From the IMG/VR virus record IMGVR_UViG_3300026488_000245: a stretch of DNA of 64,000 nt; one strand, given 5' to 3'. This DNA is from an uncultured virus (IMG/VR IMGVR_UViG_3300026488_000245) (lineage: Duplodnaviria; Heunggongvirae; Uroviricota; Caudoviricetes). The position numbers and the translations under genes are program-made. Every line of letters starts with the position of its first letter. Within the stretch, counting starts at the first letter, position 1. The notes below the pieces were generated by a model. It made no database searches and was not told where the DNA came from. It saw only the letters and a list, made by a program, of their open reading frames with translations. Below, piece after piece: positions 39,737-54,082 of this stretch.

Positions 39737-41248
39737 TTAAAGAATTTTTTCAATTAATTCTCAACAATAAAATATTAATTCTTTCTTTATTTCCTCACTT
39801 AAATAATTTTCATATACAACTTTAAAATTTTCTTTTCAATATTGTTTTATTATTTCTACTAAGTTGTGTCATACTAACTCTATTTTTTCATCAAAACTTA
39901 ATGTATAATCTTCTTTAATATAACTAACTATTTTATTTATATCTTCAATTAATCAACTATTATCAACTATATAAAAAGGATTATTTTTATTCTTAACTTT
40001 TCAATTTTTAATTAAATTTTCTAATATATATTGTTTTTCTCAATTTATAATATTTCATTTGATTTCACTTTTATATTGTTTTGTTTGTTTATAAGATGCT
40101 ATCCTATTATATCAGTAATTTCTTAAATTATTAGAAAAAGAACTACTACCTTTAAAATTTATAACTCTTAATTTATAATAAATTATTATTTTTTCATATC
40201 ATTTTAAATTATCCTAAAAATCTTTTATTTTATCCTGTTTAATTTTTATTTTATCTCTTTTTTTAATAAAATTAAAAAATTCTTTTAAATATTTTAATTC
40301 ATTTTTTACATATAAAGTTTTTGCTTTTCTTCAAAGTGAATAAATAAAAAATAAATTGTTTATCAACTTATTTTCTTCTTCATTTTGCAATTTATTAAAA
40401 TTATCTATTAAAAAATTGTTAAACATTATAGTAAAAAGATTTATTCACTATGTAGAAGATAAAAATTCATCAGATTTTAGTTTAATTTCTGAAATTATAA
40501 AATTAAATTTATACAATATTCATAAATTTTTTCAATAATTTGAAAATATATAATTTATATCTTTATCATAATTTATTCTATATTTTGAAGCAAGCTAAGC
40601 AAATAAATCATCGTTAAATAATCAAAAATAAGAGAATTTAAAAAAATAAAATCAAACTATCTAAAATAAAATAAAATTTTTATCAAATGCTTTATATATA
40701 TAAAAATCAGAAATATTAATTAAATTAAAAATTTTACTTAATAATAATACTTTAATATCTGTATAGATTGAAACGTTGTTTGGCATTTTTCATGGCTCTC
40801 TCTTTTTTTCTTTAGTATATCTAATTATATATTCTTTTTCTATTAATTCTTTTCAATTAAATATTTTTTCTCTAACTAAATAAAAAATATATAACTAAAA
40901 AACATAATAAAAAATAAAATTAACTTCTCTTTTTCTCTATACTAATTCTTGTTTATGTTTTATTTTTCAGATTATATCACTCATAGAATTATTCAAATAA
41001 TATTCTATTTTTTCTTCTTCTATATCTTCTTTAAATTCATCAATAATTATTTTCTTTAAAAAATTTCTAATTTCTTTACAATTTAAAACTTCTTTTTTAA
41101 ATTTATTAATATTTTTTTTATTTATAAATTCATTGAAGAAATTTCAAAAATTCTTAACAATATAATCATCTAGTTTTTTATTTTCAAAATTATCTTTTAG
41201 ATTATAAGCATTTTTCAACTCTTTTAAAAACTAGTCTTTATTAACCAT
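39737..41248 (-). CDS. Hypothetical protein (503 aa)
   Basis: Frame from ATG to TAA with several in-frame TAG. Confidence 0.6.
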
Positions 41249-41298
41249 TTATTTAAATGTAAAAAATTAAAATATTATTTTTTATTTTAATATAGACT

Positions 41299-43458
41299 TT
41301 AGATATTAACAAAATTTATTAAAGACGAATATTCAATAAATTTGTTTAATATTCATTTATCATTTATATCTAATAATGATTCTATTTTATCTCTAAAAAT
41401 AAATTTATTTAATCAAAAGAAATTATCTAATTCATATACTTCATTTTCATTAATAAAATCTCTTATTTTTTTAATATTATCTGAAAAAATAATTTTTTCA
41501 TTTAAAAACTTATTAAATTCTTCTTCATTATTTTTAAATAATATATACAAAAGAAAATTAATATAAAGATTGTCTACTTCTTCAAATTGTTCATATAATC
41601 AAAGTAAATTTTTTTCTATTTTATTTAATTTTAATAATTTATCTTTTTCATATTTATTTCATCAATATTTAAGTATAAAAAATGCTTTGATTATTTTTTT
41701 TATTTTATCAGTATCAAATAAATTAAATAATTTATTTTCTAAAAAGTAAAAATATATTAAATAATCTATCATTAATTTTTCAACTGGTTTTAACACTCAT
41801 TTTTTAAATCTATAAGCTGAAAAATCTTTAATTTTATTCATTATCTTATCAAACGAAACTTTCATATCTCAATACTCACAATTAAAATATTTACTATATG
41901 ATAATTTATCTATAGATTCTATATCTTCAAAACTTTGAAAAAATTTTTTCTTAAGATATTTGAAAATTAAAAATACTATAAGTTCAGCTTTTATATTTTT
42001 CTCAATATATACATTTTTTGTATTTAAAAATAATAATGAATTTTTATTTAATATATTTTCTAATTCTTTTGAATATAAACTATTTAATTTTTCTTCATTT
42101 CATATTTTCTTACTAATAAGTAAAGTAGATAATAATCTAAATTTATTTAGAATAATATATAATTGATTTAAATCTTTAATTTTTTCATCTTTTAATTTTA
42201 AAAGTTCATTAATTATATAATCTTCTTTTTTAAAAAAATTTGTATTAATTGTTGTATAATAATCTTTATTTAATACATTGATAAAATCATCTAAGTTATA
42301 TTTTCATTCTTTAAAATAAATTAATAAATCAATAATATAATTTAAATATTTTTGAAATTGTATAAAATTAAAAAATTTTAATCATTTGAAAAACAAAAAA
42401 TAATTTTTATTTCTTAATAAAACGCTAGCTAAATTATGAATTCAAATTCTTCAAGCTAAATCATTATCAAAAAATAAAAGAAAATAAGTTAATTCAATTT
42501 TATTTTCATTAAAAACTTTTTCTTGAATATTTAATATATTTTCAACTATTTCTTTTTGAAAACTGTAATTTTTAATTTCACTTACTCAATTTAAAATAAA
42601 ATTAATTCAATTATAATCATATACATTTGAATCAAAGTATCATTCAAAAAAATTTATTGTGTAAGGTAAATTAAAAAAGTAATTAATAATATAATCTTTA
42701 TTTATAAAATTATCATTATATTTGACTTTTTGCAGCTATTTTTGTATTTTAGAAGAAAATAATATTAAATTATTAATTTCAAAAAGTTCAGTTGAATTAT
42801 TGAAAAAAATATTAAAATTAAATTTATGTGTTTTTTCTTTAAAATTAGAATAATATAATTTTTTATCAACTGATAAATATTTATTACCTGAATCTCATTT
42901 TTTATAGACAAAATGTAAAACAAGATTATGTCAATAATTTAAAATATAAGCATGTCATCAAGCTTCTTTTACTTTTTTAATCTAATTAATATAATATTCA
43001 TCTACTTTATCTTTTAAATTTTCCATAACTTTTTCATTTATTACTGATACTTCTTTATTATCAAATCTTAATCTTTTTTCTAAATATAAATCTAATTCTG
43101 TTTCTATAGTAATTAATTGTCATAAATACTCTTTAGAAAATATATCTTCTCAAACTATTTTTGACTTTTTTAAAAAATCGAAAAATTTTCAAAAATCTCT
43201 TTTAAAAACATAATCAAAAAGAAAATATAAAACAGATTTAGATGTCCGTCAACATCAAAAACATTTTAAAATATATTTTTCTTGATTTACAAAAAATGAT
43301 GGCGTATCTTCTTCATGAAATGGACAAGTAGTTGCATAATTGTTTCATATTCTTTTAAAATTTAAGTCAGTATATTTTTCTATAATCTCTTGTAAATCTA
43401 AAGGATTATTATTTTCATATTTTTCTAATATTCTTTTTAAATACTTTACATTATTCAT
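41299..43458 (-). CDS. dnaG: DNA primase
   Basis: CHC2 finger CPFHEEDTPSF..KCFGCG; KYLS; FFEGYFD; FFDNDLAG (TOPRIM). Confidence 0.88.
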
Positions 43459-43576
43459 ATTTTAATTTTTTTGTAATTAAACGTTTATAAACAGAATTTT
43501 AATATTAATATAGAATATTGTAAAAAAATAATATTCTATATTAATTAAAAATATTTATTTATTTTTTAGAAAAAAT

Positions 43577-44620
43577 ATGAATCTTTTTTTATCAGATAGA
43601 ATGAGAAAAAAAATATTGCCAATAATTGAAGAAGTAAAAGATTCTTGAATGTTTGTATTTAATTGAAATATTTTTCTCATTAAAATAAAAGACTTTTTTT
43701 ATTGTTATAAAATTGAAAAAGATAGTTTATCATTGTTGTTTGATAGCACACATATAAATAAAGAAGATAAAATTAAAATGTTATTTTTTCTAAATTCATT
43801 AATTAAAAAAATCATTTATACAGATTCAATTTATAAAAATTGAATATTAAATAATGTTATTGCTATAAAAAATGAAAATCAGGAGTTAAATGATTTACAA
43901 GAAGATTTACAGATTTCTGAAAAATATTTTATTCTTTATGATGACGTAAACAATATATTTTACTTAGATAAAAAACATAAAAACTATTATTTTAAAAATA
44001 AAAATATAAATGATTTAATAAAAAATATTATCTTTTATTCTTTTATTAATTCTTATTTAGTATGATTAAATATTTATTTTAATAAAGAAAGTTTTTTAAA
44101 ATATTTTTGAAAGAAATTTTTAGAACAAACAAAAATATATTCTTTTTTTGAAATAAAAGAAAAAAAAGAAAATATTATTTTTACTTTTTCAAAATATTCA
44201 TTTTATTCATTTTTACCTTATATTTATAAACTTTTAATAGAACAAATAAAAAATAATAATTGATTAAATAAAAAAATAACATTAAATGATTTTATAAATA
44301 TGTTTAAAAATATTATTTTAGATTGATATGTAGATTTAAAACAAATTTATTGATTTTCTTTCAAATTAATTAAATGAGATATGATTTATAGTTTTGAAAA
44401 TTTTATCTTGCTTTTTTATTTTATTTTAAATCGAGATTTTCAAGAAGAATTAACAAGATGAAAAATAGAAAAGACTTTAAATAGAATTAAAATTTTAAAT
44501 AATTTAATTAAAAATAATAATAAAGAAGAATTAAAAAATTTAAAGATTTCATTTGAATTTTTTACAAAATTTAATTTTCTTCCTTATGAATTATTCAAGA
44601 AGAAATTAAATAGTTTGTAA
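43577..44620 (+). CDS. Hypothetical protein
   Basis: Open frame from ATG to TAA under the recoded table. Confidence 0.6.
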
Positions 44621-47600
44621 GATTGATTTAACAAGATTTTCTTTTGTAAATACATTTTTCAAGATTATATGTGATAGATCTTTTTCTTCTTCAATCAATT
44701 TATTTAAGTTACCTATTAAATTAATAATTCATTCTATTTTTACTCTTTCTTTTCATATTTTTTCTAGCATACTAAACATTTCCTATTGAATAGTAATTGA
44801 TTGTAATTGATTGAATAATTTATTAGATAATTCATCATAATTTTTATTTTTTCTATTTTTTAATTTATTAATAAAATTATCTATTTCTCTTTCTACAACA
44901 TATTTAACTCATAATTCTTTAATTCTTGAAATATAACTTTTTAATTCTTTATTATTTATGTCAGTTCTTTTAACAAGAACAATATTTTTCTTGTCTTTGC
45001 TTCAAAGTCTTTCAACTCTTCATATAATCTGATTTAATTCTTCTGAGCTAAAGTTATCAATATAAAGAATCAAAAGATTTTTGAATTTCTGTAAGTTAAT
45101 TCATCTTCATATATTAAATGTACTTTTTCAATCTTTATCAGATTCTATAATTCATAAAACTCATCATTTTCATTCTTCTATTTTTTTCATAGTTTCATCA
45201 TCTAAATTAAACAAATCTAGCATATGTATATAATTCTTCAATATATCATTTATATCTTTTGCTACATTTTTTAATTCTTCTCATAACATTACAATTACAG
45301 ATTCTGTTTTTCTATCATAGTCATAAAAATATGAATTTAGAGATATTACATCAAAAAATACAATTAAATCAGAATTAATTAATTTATCGTACAATAATTT
45401 TATTAATTTTTTAACTCTTCCAACTGCTAACTACATTCTATCTTTTGAACTATTCATTATTTCTTTCTTTGTAGTTCTAATAAGCTCTCTCACTTCTTCT
45501 TCAATTTCTTCTTTTCTTTCGTATATTCTTTTAATTATATCTTCATTATTTAAAGCAATTTTATTTTTATATAAGATTTTATGAACTTCTACTCATTTTT
45601 TAATAATTTCGTTTATTTTCTTAAAAATTATTTCTAATTCATTTTCTATTTTCTGCAAAATATTAGTTTTAATAATTTCGTTTGTTTTTTTGTATATTGT
45701 TTCATCAAGCAGTTGTGCAAGCTTTAATAATATACTCATAAATTCTGAAAATGTTAATGAAAGCATTAGAAAGTCTAATAAAAATTTTACTTGTTTATCA
45801 TCTATATTTTTTAACTCTTCTAATTTTTCAGTATCTATCCTTCTTAATATTTCTATAAATATTTTTCTTTTTTCATCAATATTTTTTAAAGTTTGAATTC
45901 TTGCGATAAAATCAACTTTACTATTTTGTTTATATTTTTTGAATAATTTTACAAGTTCTTCAGTATTATAAGTAATTACTTCTGCTAAATATTTCTCTTC
46001 ATTTCAATCAACTTTTACTTTTACAAAAAATGTTCTGAATAAATTTTTAAAGAAAAGATTTGTCAATAAATCATAATTCATTTTTGTAATGTCTACTAAA
46101 TCTTTTATTTTATTTAATATATTAATTAATTTGTTTCAAGTTTCTAAAACTTCTCTTACACGTATTTTATCTCATTTGACTTCAATTTTATGAAAACTAT
46201 TTATTTCATATTCGAATTGCTCAAGAATCTCTAATAATTGATTAAAACTTTTCTCTAATTTAAGTGAATAAATTGTTGTTTTTAGATTTTTTGTATTAAC
46301 CATACTATCAATAATTTTTATTAAACTTGCATAAAGATAATAAATTTCATTAGATTTTTGAACAAAGTGGATAACAATATTTTGTCATAAATCGTCAAGA
46401 ACACCTTTCAATTCTTTTCATAAACTATCAACTATATGATAATAGAAATTTCATGCTTCATATAAATTACTTATTTCATCTAAAATATATTTTTTGTAAA
46501 GTGAATTAGACAAAATTGTATTCATATAAATATACTATGCTCATTTTTTACTTTCATGTCATAATATTTTATATATAGTTAAGAAATTATTTTTTATATT
46601 TTGTGCAGTTAATATTATTATTGATTTATATCATATATCAGTAGAAATATAAGAAGAAAAATCTGTTTTTAAAAATACAATTTCGTCTATAATAATATGT
46701 TTAACATATCATAATTTTCATTTAGCAAAATAATTAGCATTATTTGATTCATCTATAAATTTTTCTACATAATCTTCTACTCATAAAAATTCTAAAGGAT
46801 ATACTAAGAACGTTTTATAAAAATTAAAAAAGTTTTTAGCAGTAAATTCATAAGTTTCAAAAACAAAATTTTCTTTTATCACTTCAATCATTTTAGCAAT
46901 TTTTTCTCAATATTTTGAAATTAAGTTTTCTTTTTCTTTTAATCATTCTTTTCTTCTTTTTTTATCAAACAAAGAATCAATTGAATCAAACAAATCATCT
47001 ATAGAGAATTCTGTATTCAATTCATTTTTATCATCATTTTTTGTAATATATTCAAATATTGCTTTTTCTTCTTCAGTATTTAATAAATCTTCAGAAATTC
47101 TAATTTTTATTTCAAAAACATTTTTCAACGCTAGAAAGAATTCATCAAAATCTCATTTATTATTTTTAAATTGATTTTTCAAAAAATCATAAGAATTTTT
47201 ATCGATAAAAAATTCTTTAAATCATTTTTCTCTTATAATTTTTCTAATATTTATATTACTTATGTTTCTCAAAAAATACTATGTTATTTCTTCATTTTCT
47301 TCAAAATATTTTTCAAACAATAATTTTCAGACATTATAAATATTATCTTCAACTAAATAAATAAAATTTCATATTTCTATTAAAATATCTCAATCTCAAA
47401 AAGATTCAGTATAATCTCTTTTTTCGATTCAAATTTTGGTTAATAAAATCTCCTACTATTTTAATATAGGTTTATTTGAAATTACCACTATTTTTTTAGA
47501 TAAAATCAACTATTGTTCTATTAAAACTTTATCTTTATCTTCTTTTACTTCTATAGTATTAAGAACATTTTTAATTACTGAATCATCAACATATAAAAGA

Positions 47601-48316
47601 TAAAGTAAAGAACTAAACAATCATAAATAAGTTTTTCATAGTCAAACATCAATTGAAATAGGAAAAATTGTGTTACTCAAATTATAATTTCAAATTTGAG
47701 AAAATATAGAAGGATTATAAAAAGAACTTTTTTCAATAATTTGGAAAATATTGAATTTATATTTTCTAATAGAGTTAATTAATTCCTCAGAATATCATAT
47801 TTTTTGCAGCCATTCTACTAAAATATTAAATTTTTCTTCATCAAATATTTCTTTAACTTTGCCTTCTTTTAAATTTAAAAAAGAAAAAACATCTAAAATA
47901 TTTTTCTATTTTTCATAATAAGCTTTTTCACTATACAAATATACAAATAAAGAATTTATAACTAAATAATTTATAAAAAAATCGCAATATTCATCCTCTA
48001 ATATTTTTTCTAATCAAAGTTTTTTAAATAAATATCTATTTTTTTCTCTAAAGAACAACTATATATCTTTAAAATCTTTTAATTCTCTTATTTCATATTT
48101 CGAAATTGCTTCTAATAACTATAAAATATATAGTTGATAATAAAATTTCTAAACCAATAACGATAATATTCTTAAAGAAAAGAATAATTTTATATAAAAC
48201 TATTGAAAATTAAGTTTTTCCAATCATAGTAATTTATACAATTTTTCTATATTATTATTTACAGTATCTTTATTATTTAATCAAATTTTATTTTTAAAGT
48301 CCTGAAAAGTTTTCAT
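44606..48316 (-). CDS. Large SF2 helicase-like protein (1236 aa)
   Basis: SIDVGLGKTY (motif I), IIIDE (motif II), IGRGINL (motif V), QIIGRVER (motif VI). Confidence 0.65.
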
Positions 48317-48440
48317 ACTTTTTTAAATATCGATATAAAAATTATTTTATTATTTAAATGAAAAAATAAAAATTTTTAATTAAAATATAATAATTTCTTG
48401 TTTTTATAAAAATTATTTAAAAAATAATTTTAATAATGTT

Positions 48441-49265
48441 ATGACTATTCCTAAAATTTCTGTGATAATGCCGGCGTATAATTCAGAAAAATTTGTTTGA
48501 GAAACTATAGAAAGTATTTTAAATCAAACTTTTAAAGATTTTGAATTTATTATAATTGATGATTGTTCAATAGATAAGAGTTAGGAAATTATTCAAAAAT
48601 ATGCTAGAATAGACAAAAGAATAAAAGCATATAAAAATGAAAAAAACATTTGAGTTGTAAAAACAAGAAATAAGCTTTTAAGCTTAGTGAATCCAAAAAG
48701 TAAATATATAGCAATTATTGATTCTGATGATATTGCTAAACCAAATAGACTAGAAAAACAATTTATTTTTTTAGAGAAAAATAAAGAATACTCTATAGTG
48801 TGAAGCTTTTTAGAAATTATTGATGAAAATTGAGAAACAATTTGATATAGAAAATATCCTGTAACTTACAAAGAAATTAAAAAAATAATTTGCAAAAAAT
48901 CTCCTTTAGCTCAACCTGCAGTAATGATAAGAAAATCAGATTTAGATAAAGTATGAAAATACAATGAAGAATTTGAAAGAGTTCAAGACTATGAATTATA
49001 GTTTAGATTTTTCAATAAATGATATAAAATAGCAAACATACCAGAATACTTATTAAAATATAGAATTCACTTAAAGCAATGAAAAACAAAATATTTAAAA
49101 CTAACTCTTAGAAATACTATCAAAGTTCAATTGAAAAATTTTAAATATTGTCCAAACAAATTCTCTACTTTAATTTATATTTTGGCAGAAATTTGACTTT
49201 TATTTCTGCCATCTAAGGTTGTCTTATGGTTATTTAAAAAGTTAGAATATAAAAATGCAAAATAA
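48441..49265 (+). CDS. Family 2 glycosyltransferase
   Basis: KISVIMPAYNSEKF, IIIDDCS, IDSDD, QDYEL(W)FR. Confidence 0.92.
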
Positions 49266-50070
49266 TCTAACAATTTGAAGTTTAATCACAACAATGAATA
49301 AAAATATTGAAAAAGTAAAAAAACATCTTTTACCACAACTTAAAAATTTAGATGAAATCGTAATATCTCATCAAATAACTGATAAATCTATACAACCAGA
49401 AGATATAAACGAGTTAAAAAAATATCATAAAAATATTAAATATAGTTATATGTATGATAAATGACTTTCCAAAAATAGAAATAATGCTTTAAAACTCTCT
49501 GAAGCAGATATTTGTATAATAACTGATGATGATTTAGATTATTTACCTTGATTTGAAAAAATTATTAAAGAATGATATAAAAAATTTAAAGATGCTGATA
49601 TAATAACTTTTCAAGCTTTAGATAAAAACTGAAAATTTAAATTTAAAGTAAAAGAAGGAAAACATAGTTTATTTTCTATTTGTAAAATTAGTAGTTAGTG
49701 AATAACTTTTAAAAGAAAGAGCATCATAAAAAATAATTTATTTTTTGATGAAGAATTTTGATTATGAGCTCTTTATCCGATTTGAGAAGAAAATTTATTT
49801 TTAAGAAATGCACAAAAAAAATGATTAAAAGTATATCATTATAATAAACCTATAGTAATTCATACTAAAAAAAGTAGTGGAACTAAATATTGAATCTTAT
49901 GAGAAAAATTAATTATAGCAAGAATAAAACTTTTTAAAAAACTTTATTGAATGTTATGATGACTAGCAGCTGTTTTTTACTTTACTATAATTCATTATAA
50001 ATTTTATAAACAATACTTTTCTCCTTTCAAATTCTTCTTAATCAGTTTTAAGAGTTTTTTAAGAAAATAA
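49255..50070 (+). CDS. Family 2 glycosyltransferase
   Basis: GLSKNRNNAL, ICIITDDD, FDEEFGLG..GEENLFL. Confidence 0.85.
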
Positions 50071-50071
50071 T

Positions 50072-50953
50072 ATGAAGAATCTACTAAATAAATTAATTCT
50101 TAAATTTATCCCTACCCAACGAGTGTTATTATATAGAACAAAAAATTCTAAAAAATAGATTAGAATTCCCCAGCCATATAATGTGTCTAGAGCAGATCCT
50201 TTTATTATTTATTATAATTGAAAGTATTATCTATTTTTTGAAGAATTTAAATTAACAGAATGAAAATGATACTTATGTGTATGAGAATTATATATTCCAC
50301 AAAATATTCTTAAAAATGTAAGAATAATTTTAAAAAAAGATTATCATTTATCTTTTCCTTTTGTATTCAAATATAAAAAAAATTTTTATCTAATTCCTGA
50401 AACTTCAGAGAATAATGAAATAGCTTTATATAAATTTACAAACTTTCCTTATGAATTAAAAAAAATAAAAACATTATTAAAAGGTAAATATGTAGATAGC
50501 ATTTTAATAAAATTTAATAATAAACGATTTTTATTAACTAGTAAGTTAAAAGAAAAATATAAACATAATTTATTAATTTTTTTTTCAGAAGATTTCTTAA
50601 AAAAACCTTTCTTACCTCATCCAAAGAACCCTATAATAACTAATCAAGAATTTTCTAGAAATTGATGAAATATTATAAAAAAATATGATAAACTTTATAG
50701 AATCTCTCAAGACAATAGTATTTTTTATTGAAGTAAAATTAATATATTAGAAATATTAATTCTAAATGAAAAACATTATAAAGAAAAATATATAAAAAGT
50801 ATAAAACCTCCTTCATGATTTTTAGCGTTTCATACTTATAATATATCTAATTGAATAGAAGTTGCTGATTGAAAAGTTATTGTTTCATCTTTCTTTTTAT
50901 CATTAAAATTAATTTTTAGAAAAATATTTAAAATATTAAAAATTATTAAATAA
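50072..50953 (+). CDS. Beta-propeller protein of the glucosamine inositolphosphorylceramide transferase N-terminal type
   Basis: ADPFII..YYLFFEE, HLSFPFVF, IPET, PHPKNP, SRNGG, YRISQD, HTYN. Confidence 0.7.
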
Positions 50954-50954
50954 A

Positions 50955-51926
50955 ATGAATAAAAAAGAAATTATTTTAATTGGTTCATGAAAAATTGAAA
51001 TACCTCCTAAGTGATATTGAGCAGTAGAAGATATAATTCGAAATCAAAAAATTCATTTAGAAAAAAAATGATTTAAAGTTAAAATAATAAATACAAAGAA
51101 TATTTTTAAATTAATAAAAGAAACAGTTTTTATAAACAATAAAATTTTATATTTTCATTATTTACCTTATTTAGTTATTTCGTACATTCTTAATAAAATA
51201 TTTTTTAAGAATAATATATTTTTATAGACTTCTCATAATTGATACGTTATAAACAATAAGGAAACTAAATTTTTTAGAATGTTATCTAGGATAACATCAA
51301 ATTTCAAAGATAGTATAATGATAGCTCTATCATCAAGAATGGCAAAATATTTTATAAATCTATGATTTACTTGAAAATATTATATAATACCTAATTGAAT
51401 AAATACAAAAAAATTTAAAAAAATTGATAATCCACAAAAAGATATTATATACCTTTGAAATATCAATAAAAATAAAGGACAAGAATTATTTTTACAGTAT
51501 TATTCATTAAAATATAAAATTGATTTTGTTTGACCATACTTAGATAAAACTATAAAATTAACTCCTCATAATTATTTAGGAATATGGTCTAAAGAAGAAG
51601 TTTATAATAATTTATGAAATTATAAAGTATTAGTATTATTAAGCAAATCTGAATGAGATCCTCTTGTAGTAAAGGAAGCATTAGCAGCGTGATGCAGTTT
51701 ATTAGTATCAAAATCTGCTTGAATAAATCTAGAAGAAACAGAATTTATTAAAAAAATAGATATTAATAATAAAGATGAATTAAAAAATATAAATTTTTAC
51801 CTAGAAAAATTAATAAAAGAAAATAAAAAATTAAGACCAAAGATTTTTAAATATGCTAAAAATTTTGATTAGAATAAAATAACTGATAAATTTATTAATA
51901 CTTTAAAGAAAGAAAAAATTATTTAA
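50955..51926 (+). CDS. Family 4 glycosyltransferase
   Basis: IPPKGYGAVE, IPNGIN, SKSEGDPLVVKEALAAG, FD(W)NKI. Confidence 0.88.
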
Positions 51927-52851
51927 TTTTTTTAAATAATTCTACTAATTTTTTTGCTGTTACTTTAGGACTTAAATTTTTTAATATATATTTCTTTGGA
52001 TGAATCTTATCATAATTATTTAAAATATATCTATAACCTTCTAAAAAAGATTTAAAATCAATAAAATCTTTTCAATAAATATTTTCTGGTATATCAGGTA
52101 AAGAACTTGCATAATTTATAATTTTATTTTTATTATTTATAAGTCTTATTTTTTGTTCATAATTAAGAATAGGTATATCTAATGCCATCACTTCATTTTT
52201 TGCTATTGGTCATCATTCAGCTCAAGTTATAAAAATTACTAATTTTGCTTTTTTAAGTGATTTTAACTATTCAGATTGATTATATTTTCAATAAACAAAT
52301 ATTTTATATTTTTGTTTATTAAATTCTAAAAAATTAATTATTTTATTAAAAATTTTTTCTTTTTTCTTTATAGTTTCTTTTGTTTCATTAACATGTAAAA
52401 AATTCTTATAATATACAATAATATCTCAATCTCTTGTACTTGTATTTTCAAGATATTCTTTTCAAACAGGTAATTTAAAAATTTCAACTTTATTTTTACT
52501 TATATTATAATTTTCTAATAAAAATCTTTTTCTCTAACTGCCTGGAACTAAAAAAAGACAATTATCAAAATTAAAAATTTTATTATCGTATTCAAAATCT
52601 GGTCAAACAATAAATTTTTTATACTTAAAAATTTTTAACAAATAAAATAATAAATTAATATTCTTGATTCAATTAATATAAATCTTTTTAATAAAAAATA
52701 TACTTGCTAACTTTAAAATAACTTTTAAAGACAGTCAGCTAATATATAAAAATTTTTGATTATTTTCTTTTAATCATTGAACTAAATTTTTAACTCATAT
52801 ACTAGGTCAAGTTTTAATTTTATTAAAATCTGGTCATATAACTAATATCAT
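51919..52851 (-). CDS. Putative glycosyltransferase
   Basis: GPSIGVKNL, IVGPD, VPGS(W), EGGPIAKNEVMALDIPIL. Confidence 0.65.
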
Positions 52852-52863
52852 GATTTTTAAATT

Positions 52864-54042
52864 TTAAGAATTAATTTTAGACAATTGATTCAACACATTT
52901 TTAATATATCATCAACTTTTATATTTATGATACTTATTTTTCAGATCAATATATTCTTTCTAATATCATTTGTCTTTCATTAAATCTTCTTCTAGAATTT
53001 TAATTATTTCATTCATATTTTTTATCAATCATTTTCTTATTATGCACTTTTCATATTCATCTACTAAATCAATTAAATTATTTTTATAATATTCTAAATC
53101 ATAAGCATAGAATAAAATTGGTCTGTTAAGCAATAAAAAATCTACAAAGATACTACTATAATCTGTTATTAAGATATCTGTGTATTTTAATAATTCTTGA
53201 ATATCTAAAATATCTTCAGTTATATCTATTATATTTTCATATTTATCATTAATAATTTTAAAAGAATTTTGATGGCCTTTAACTATAAATAAATAATTTT
53301 TTTCTCTTAAAAATTTATCAAAATTAATTAAGAATTTCCTTGAAAATGGATAAATATATTTCGTTTTAGGTCTCCGTGTAGGAGCATATAAAATAATCTT
53401 TTTATACTTCTACAAATTATATCTTTTTTTTACATCAAAAATTTCTAAATCATTTCTAAAAAATACATCATTTCTCGGATATCAAGTAATAATATATTTA
53501 TTAGTACAATTTCAACAATTAAAATGATTTTGCATATATTCTGAAGAAACACATCAAAAAATAATATTTCTATAATAATTAACAAACATTAATAAAGTAA
53601 ATAAATTAGGTTTAAAATTAAAATTATTTACTCATAATTTTTTAAATCATTCTCAATGCTCTAAACTAATTATGTTAAATCTTCATGGTTGAAAAGAAAA
53701 TCAAGAAGATACATCAAAAAAATCAGCATCTACAAATATAAACTCAGCTCTTAATATATTCTAAAATCATTTTAATGAATTTATATTAATTATTTTTCAT
53801 TTTAAAAAAGAAAAATTATTGTTTAAATAATCAATTACTTTTTTATTTCTTATATGATAATATATTTCTTTATTTCTATCATTAAAAAGAAAATATAAAA
53901 ACATAGCTTTAGAATTTCAAGAAAAAGTTTTTCAATTTATTCAACCAAAAACATATAATCATTTCTTTTTTGGTATTATATAACTTAATATAAATAACAA
54001 AATTCATAAAAAATATCTAATTAAACCTTTTATAAAATTCAT
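52864..54042 (-). CDS. CDP-glycerol/ribitol glycerophosphotransferase (TagB/TagF family)
   Basis: EHGEGFKKLG, TGYPRND, YAPT(CGG=W)R, LITDYSSIFVDFLLLNRP. Confidence 0.9.
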
Positions 54043-54082
54043 ATTATTTGGTTATTTTATGTTTAAAAATATAGATATAAAA

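Noticed and set aside
39737..41248. Dam-like methyltransferase next to the gp42-like gene
   Set aside because: No DPPY/NPPY or FxGxG motif found on translation
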